Shown: positions 38,813 to 40,718 of the stretch, one piece after another
Position numbering within the stretch: position 1 is the first letter of the stretch
Layout of the letters: each line of letters opens with the position of its first letter
Source of the DNA: an uncultured Actinomycetes bacterium
Lineage (GTDB): Bacteria > Actinomycetota > UBA4738 > CALAEC01
Length of the DNA stretch: 40,718 nucleotides
Assembly (NCBI GenBank): GCA_937890785.1
Contig: CALAEC010000080.1
Coordinates: 1-40,718 of the forward strand
Direction of reading: 5' to 3'
Translations under genes and position numbers: made by a program
Notes under the pieces: model-generated
What the model was told of the DNA's origin: nothing
What the model saw: only the letters and a program-made list of their open reading frames with translations
Databases searched by the model: none

Positions 38813-39639
38813 GCCGCGCTCCGCCGGGCTCTGAGCGCCTCGAACTCGGCGGGATCCGTGGTCACCGTGCCGAGCCGCACCGGGTCGAACCGGGTGCCGT
38901 GGCAATCCGACGAGCCGGTGGCCGGGATGCCGAACCGGCGGGCCATGGCTCGGTAGCGGGCTTCGGCGCCGGGCGGATGGTCCGGGTGCGCGCACTCGAT
39001 CCCGTCGAGCCCGACCGCGGCCAGTTCCTCGATCACGTCGTCGGCGACGCCGAGTCCCTCCCGGTGGAGGCCGGGGTGGGCCACCACGGCCAGGCCGCCG
39101 GCGCGCTTGATCAGCCGCACCGCGGCCACCGGGTCGAGGGCGTGCTTCTCCACGTATGCCCGCCCGCCGTCCTTGATCAGGTCGGGGGTGAAGGCGTCCT
39201 CGATCGTGTCGACCACGCCGGCCTCGACCAGCGCCTGGGCGATGTGGGGGCGCACGATGTTCTTCCCCTCGGCGATCTCCCGGACCCGCTCGAACGTGAT
39301 CGGGTAGCCGAGCTCCTGGAGCTTCCGCACCATGGCCTCGCCCCGGGCGAAGCGATCGTCACGGAGCCGGCGGAGCTCCGCTTGAAACACCTCGTCGTCG
39401 AGGTCGATCCAGTACGCCAGCACGTGGATCCCGTGACCGTCGCGCACCGCGGAGAACTCGACGCCGGGGACGATCTGGGGCGTGTCGTCGGCGGCCGCGA
39501 ACGCGCGCGGGAGGCCCTCGGTCGAATCGTGGTCGGTCACCGCCAGGACCGTCAGCCCGCGTTGGCGGGCCAGCGCCACCAGCTCCTCTGGCGTGAACGT
39601 GCCATCCGAGTACGTGGTGTGGGCGTGGAGGTCGATCAC
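38809..39639 (-). CDS. PHP-domain phosphoesterase (TrpH/YciV-like)
   Basis: GTG 39639: (M)IDLHAHTTYSDGTFTPEELVALARQRGLTVLAVTDHDS...VAHPG...CHG. The 231-codon extension in track ORF 38809..40332 is antisense to the acyltransferase gene and compositionally non-protein-like. Confidence 0.85.
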   Translation of the reverse strand: MIDLHAHTTYSDGTFTPEELVALARQRGLTVLAVTDHDSTEGLPRAFAAADDTPQIVPGVEFSAVRDGHGIHVLAYWIDLDDEVFQAELRRLRDDRFARGEAMVRKLQELGYPITFERVREIAEGKNIVRPHIAQALVEAGVVDTIEDAFTPDLIKDGGRAYVEKHALDPVAAVRLIKRAGGLAVVAHPGLHREGLGVADDVIEELAAVGLDGIECAHPDHPPGAEARYRAMARRFGIPATGSSDCHGTRFDPVRLGTVTTDPAEFEALRARRSAA

Positions 39640-39687
39640 GGCGGCAACTGTACCCGCTGGGCCCGCACGGTCGTCCACAATACGGGC

Positions 39688-40718
39688 ATGCCGAGCCGGC
39701 TCGACGAGCTCGTCGCGGCCACACCCGCCACTCGCGACCGCTACGTCGACTTCCTGCGGGCGCTGAGCATCCTGGTGGTGGTCGTCGGCCACTGGCTGAT
39801 CGGCGTGATCTTCTGGGAGGACGGCGTCATCGGCTCGACGAGCGCGATCGGCCGGACGCCGTGGCTGTGGATCGCCACGTGGTTCCTCCAGGTCATGCCG
39901 ATCTTCTTCTTCGTCGGCGGGTTCTCGAACCTGGTGACGTACCGGGCGTTCCGGCGGCGCGGCGACTCCACCTGGGAGTTCGTCCGGACCCGGCTGGCCC
40001 GGCTCCTCCGGCCCAGCCTGGTGTTCGTCGGGGTATGGGCGGTGATCCAGCTGGGGCTCCACCTGTTCGACGTGGGCGAGCCGACCACCCCGTTCCTGCG
40101 AGGGATGCGGCCGCCGGGAGCCACGATCCCGTTCGGGCCGCTGTGGTTCCTGGCGGTGTACGCGGGGGTCCTGGTGCTGAGCCCGGTGATGATCCGGCTG
40201 CACGAGCGATTCGGCCTCGGCGTGATCACGGTGATGCTGGTCGGCGCGGTCGCCGCCGACGCCATCGGGTTCATCACGCCGTTCGAGGAGGCCCGGTGGG
40301 CGAACGTGGCGTTCGTGTGGCTCCTCCCCCACCAGCTCGGGTTCTTCTACGCAGACGGCCGGATCACGAGGCTGTCACGCGGGGCGCTGGGGGGCGTGGC
40401 CCTCGGCGGGCTGGCGGCGATGTTGCTCTTGTCGAACCCGGTCTTCGGCGACACGGGTTGGGCGTGGTTCCCGGGCATCGGGCACTATCCGAAGTCGCTC
40501 CTCGGGACCGACGTCGAGCGGATCACGAACACCTATCCGCCCACGATCATGCTCGTGGCCATGTCGTTCTGGTCGATCGGGCTGGCGCTCATGGTGCGCG
40601 GGCCGCTGTCCCGATGGCTCCGGCGGTCGAGGCCGTGGAAGGCCACGATCTTCGTGAACAGCGTGATCATGACGCTGTTCCTGTGGCACATGACCGCCTT
40701 CCTGCTGGCGATCCTGGT
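39688..40718 (+). CDS. acyltransferase family 3 (OafA/YrhL-like) integral membrane protein, C-terminally truncated by the window end
   Basis: Absent from the track (no stop in window). ATG 39688 reads MPSRLDELVAATPATRDRYVDFLRALSILVVVVGHWLIG...FFFVGGF...GPLWFL..., open through 40718. Multiple TM helices and high GC3. Confidence 0.8.
   Translation, partial: MPSRLDELVAATPATRDRYVDFLRALSILVVVVGHWLIGVIFWEDGVIGSTSAIGRTPWLWIATWFLQVMPIFFFVGGFSNLVTYRAFRRRGDSTWEFVRTRLARLLRPSLVFVGVWAVIQLGLHLFDVGEPTTPFLRGMRPPGATIPFGPLWFLAVYAGVLVLSPVMIRLHERFGLGVITVMLVGAVAADAIGFITPFEEARWANVAFVWLLPHQLGFFYADGRITRLSRGALGGVALGGLAAMLLLSNPVFGDTGWAWFPGIGHYPKSLLGTDVERITNTYPPTIMLVAMSFWSIGLALMVRGPLSRWLRRSRPWKATIFVNSVIMTLFLWHMTAFLLAIL

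Noticed and set aside
39640-40332. N-terminal 231-codon extension of the PHP-domain ORF (track 38809..40332).
   Set aside because: The extension is antisense to a well-supported acyltransferase-3 gene and is His/Arg/Pro/Asp-rich. The PHP family begins at the IDLHxHT motif, which follows GTG 39639.

Overview
High-GC (about 70%), densely packed chromosomal segment of actinobacterial type, with about 46 protein genes and no rRNA, tRNA, CRISPR array, transposase or integrase. All family names come from motif recognition by eye; no database search was run.

Gene content, left to right:
- BMP-family (nucleoside-type) ABC importer plus upp
- DUF45 peptidase, SCP2 protein, an HTH protein and a SAM methyltransferase
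- Rv2578c/SplB-like radical SAM gene interrupted by a complete LAGLIDADG intein and preceded by the only GAAC-N4-GTTC (LexA/Cheo) box in the window
- esterase, zinc-ribbon protein and PaaI thioesterase
- three translationally coupled paralogous membrane coiled-coil genes of unknown function
- amtB-glnK-glnD nitrogen operon with a textbook GlnR box
- divergent ku / ligD (Pol-PE-Lig order), with a STAS gene directly behind ku
- two tandem secreted paralogues
- an envelope-stress-like cluster (PspC, two LiaF-like proteins, two small ORFs absent from the ORF track)
- PAS-GGDEF-EAL protein, an rmuC operon, an SDR, tldD/pmbA and a CaCA exchanger
- small membrane protein plus OmpR-type two-component system
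- HAD and PHP hydrolases and a partial acyltransferase-3 gene

Strongest candidates for something new:
1. The intein sits inside the CX3CX2C iron-sulfur motif, so its +1 splice nucleophile is the third cluster cysteine.
2. The three-gene cassette whose products each have a TM helix, a coiled coil and a Cys-x49-Cys module.

Many long ORFs in the supplied track are GC-driven shadow frames and were rejected.
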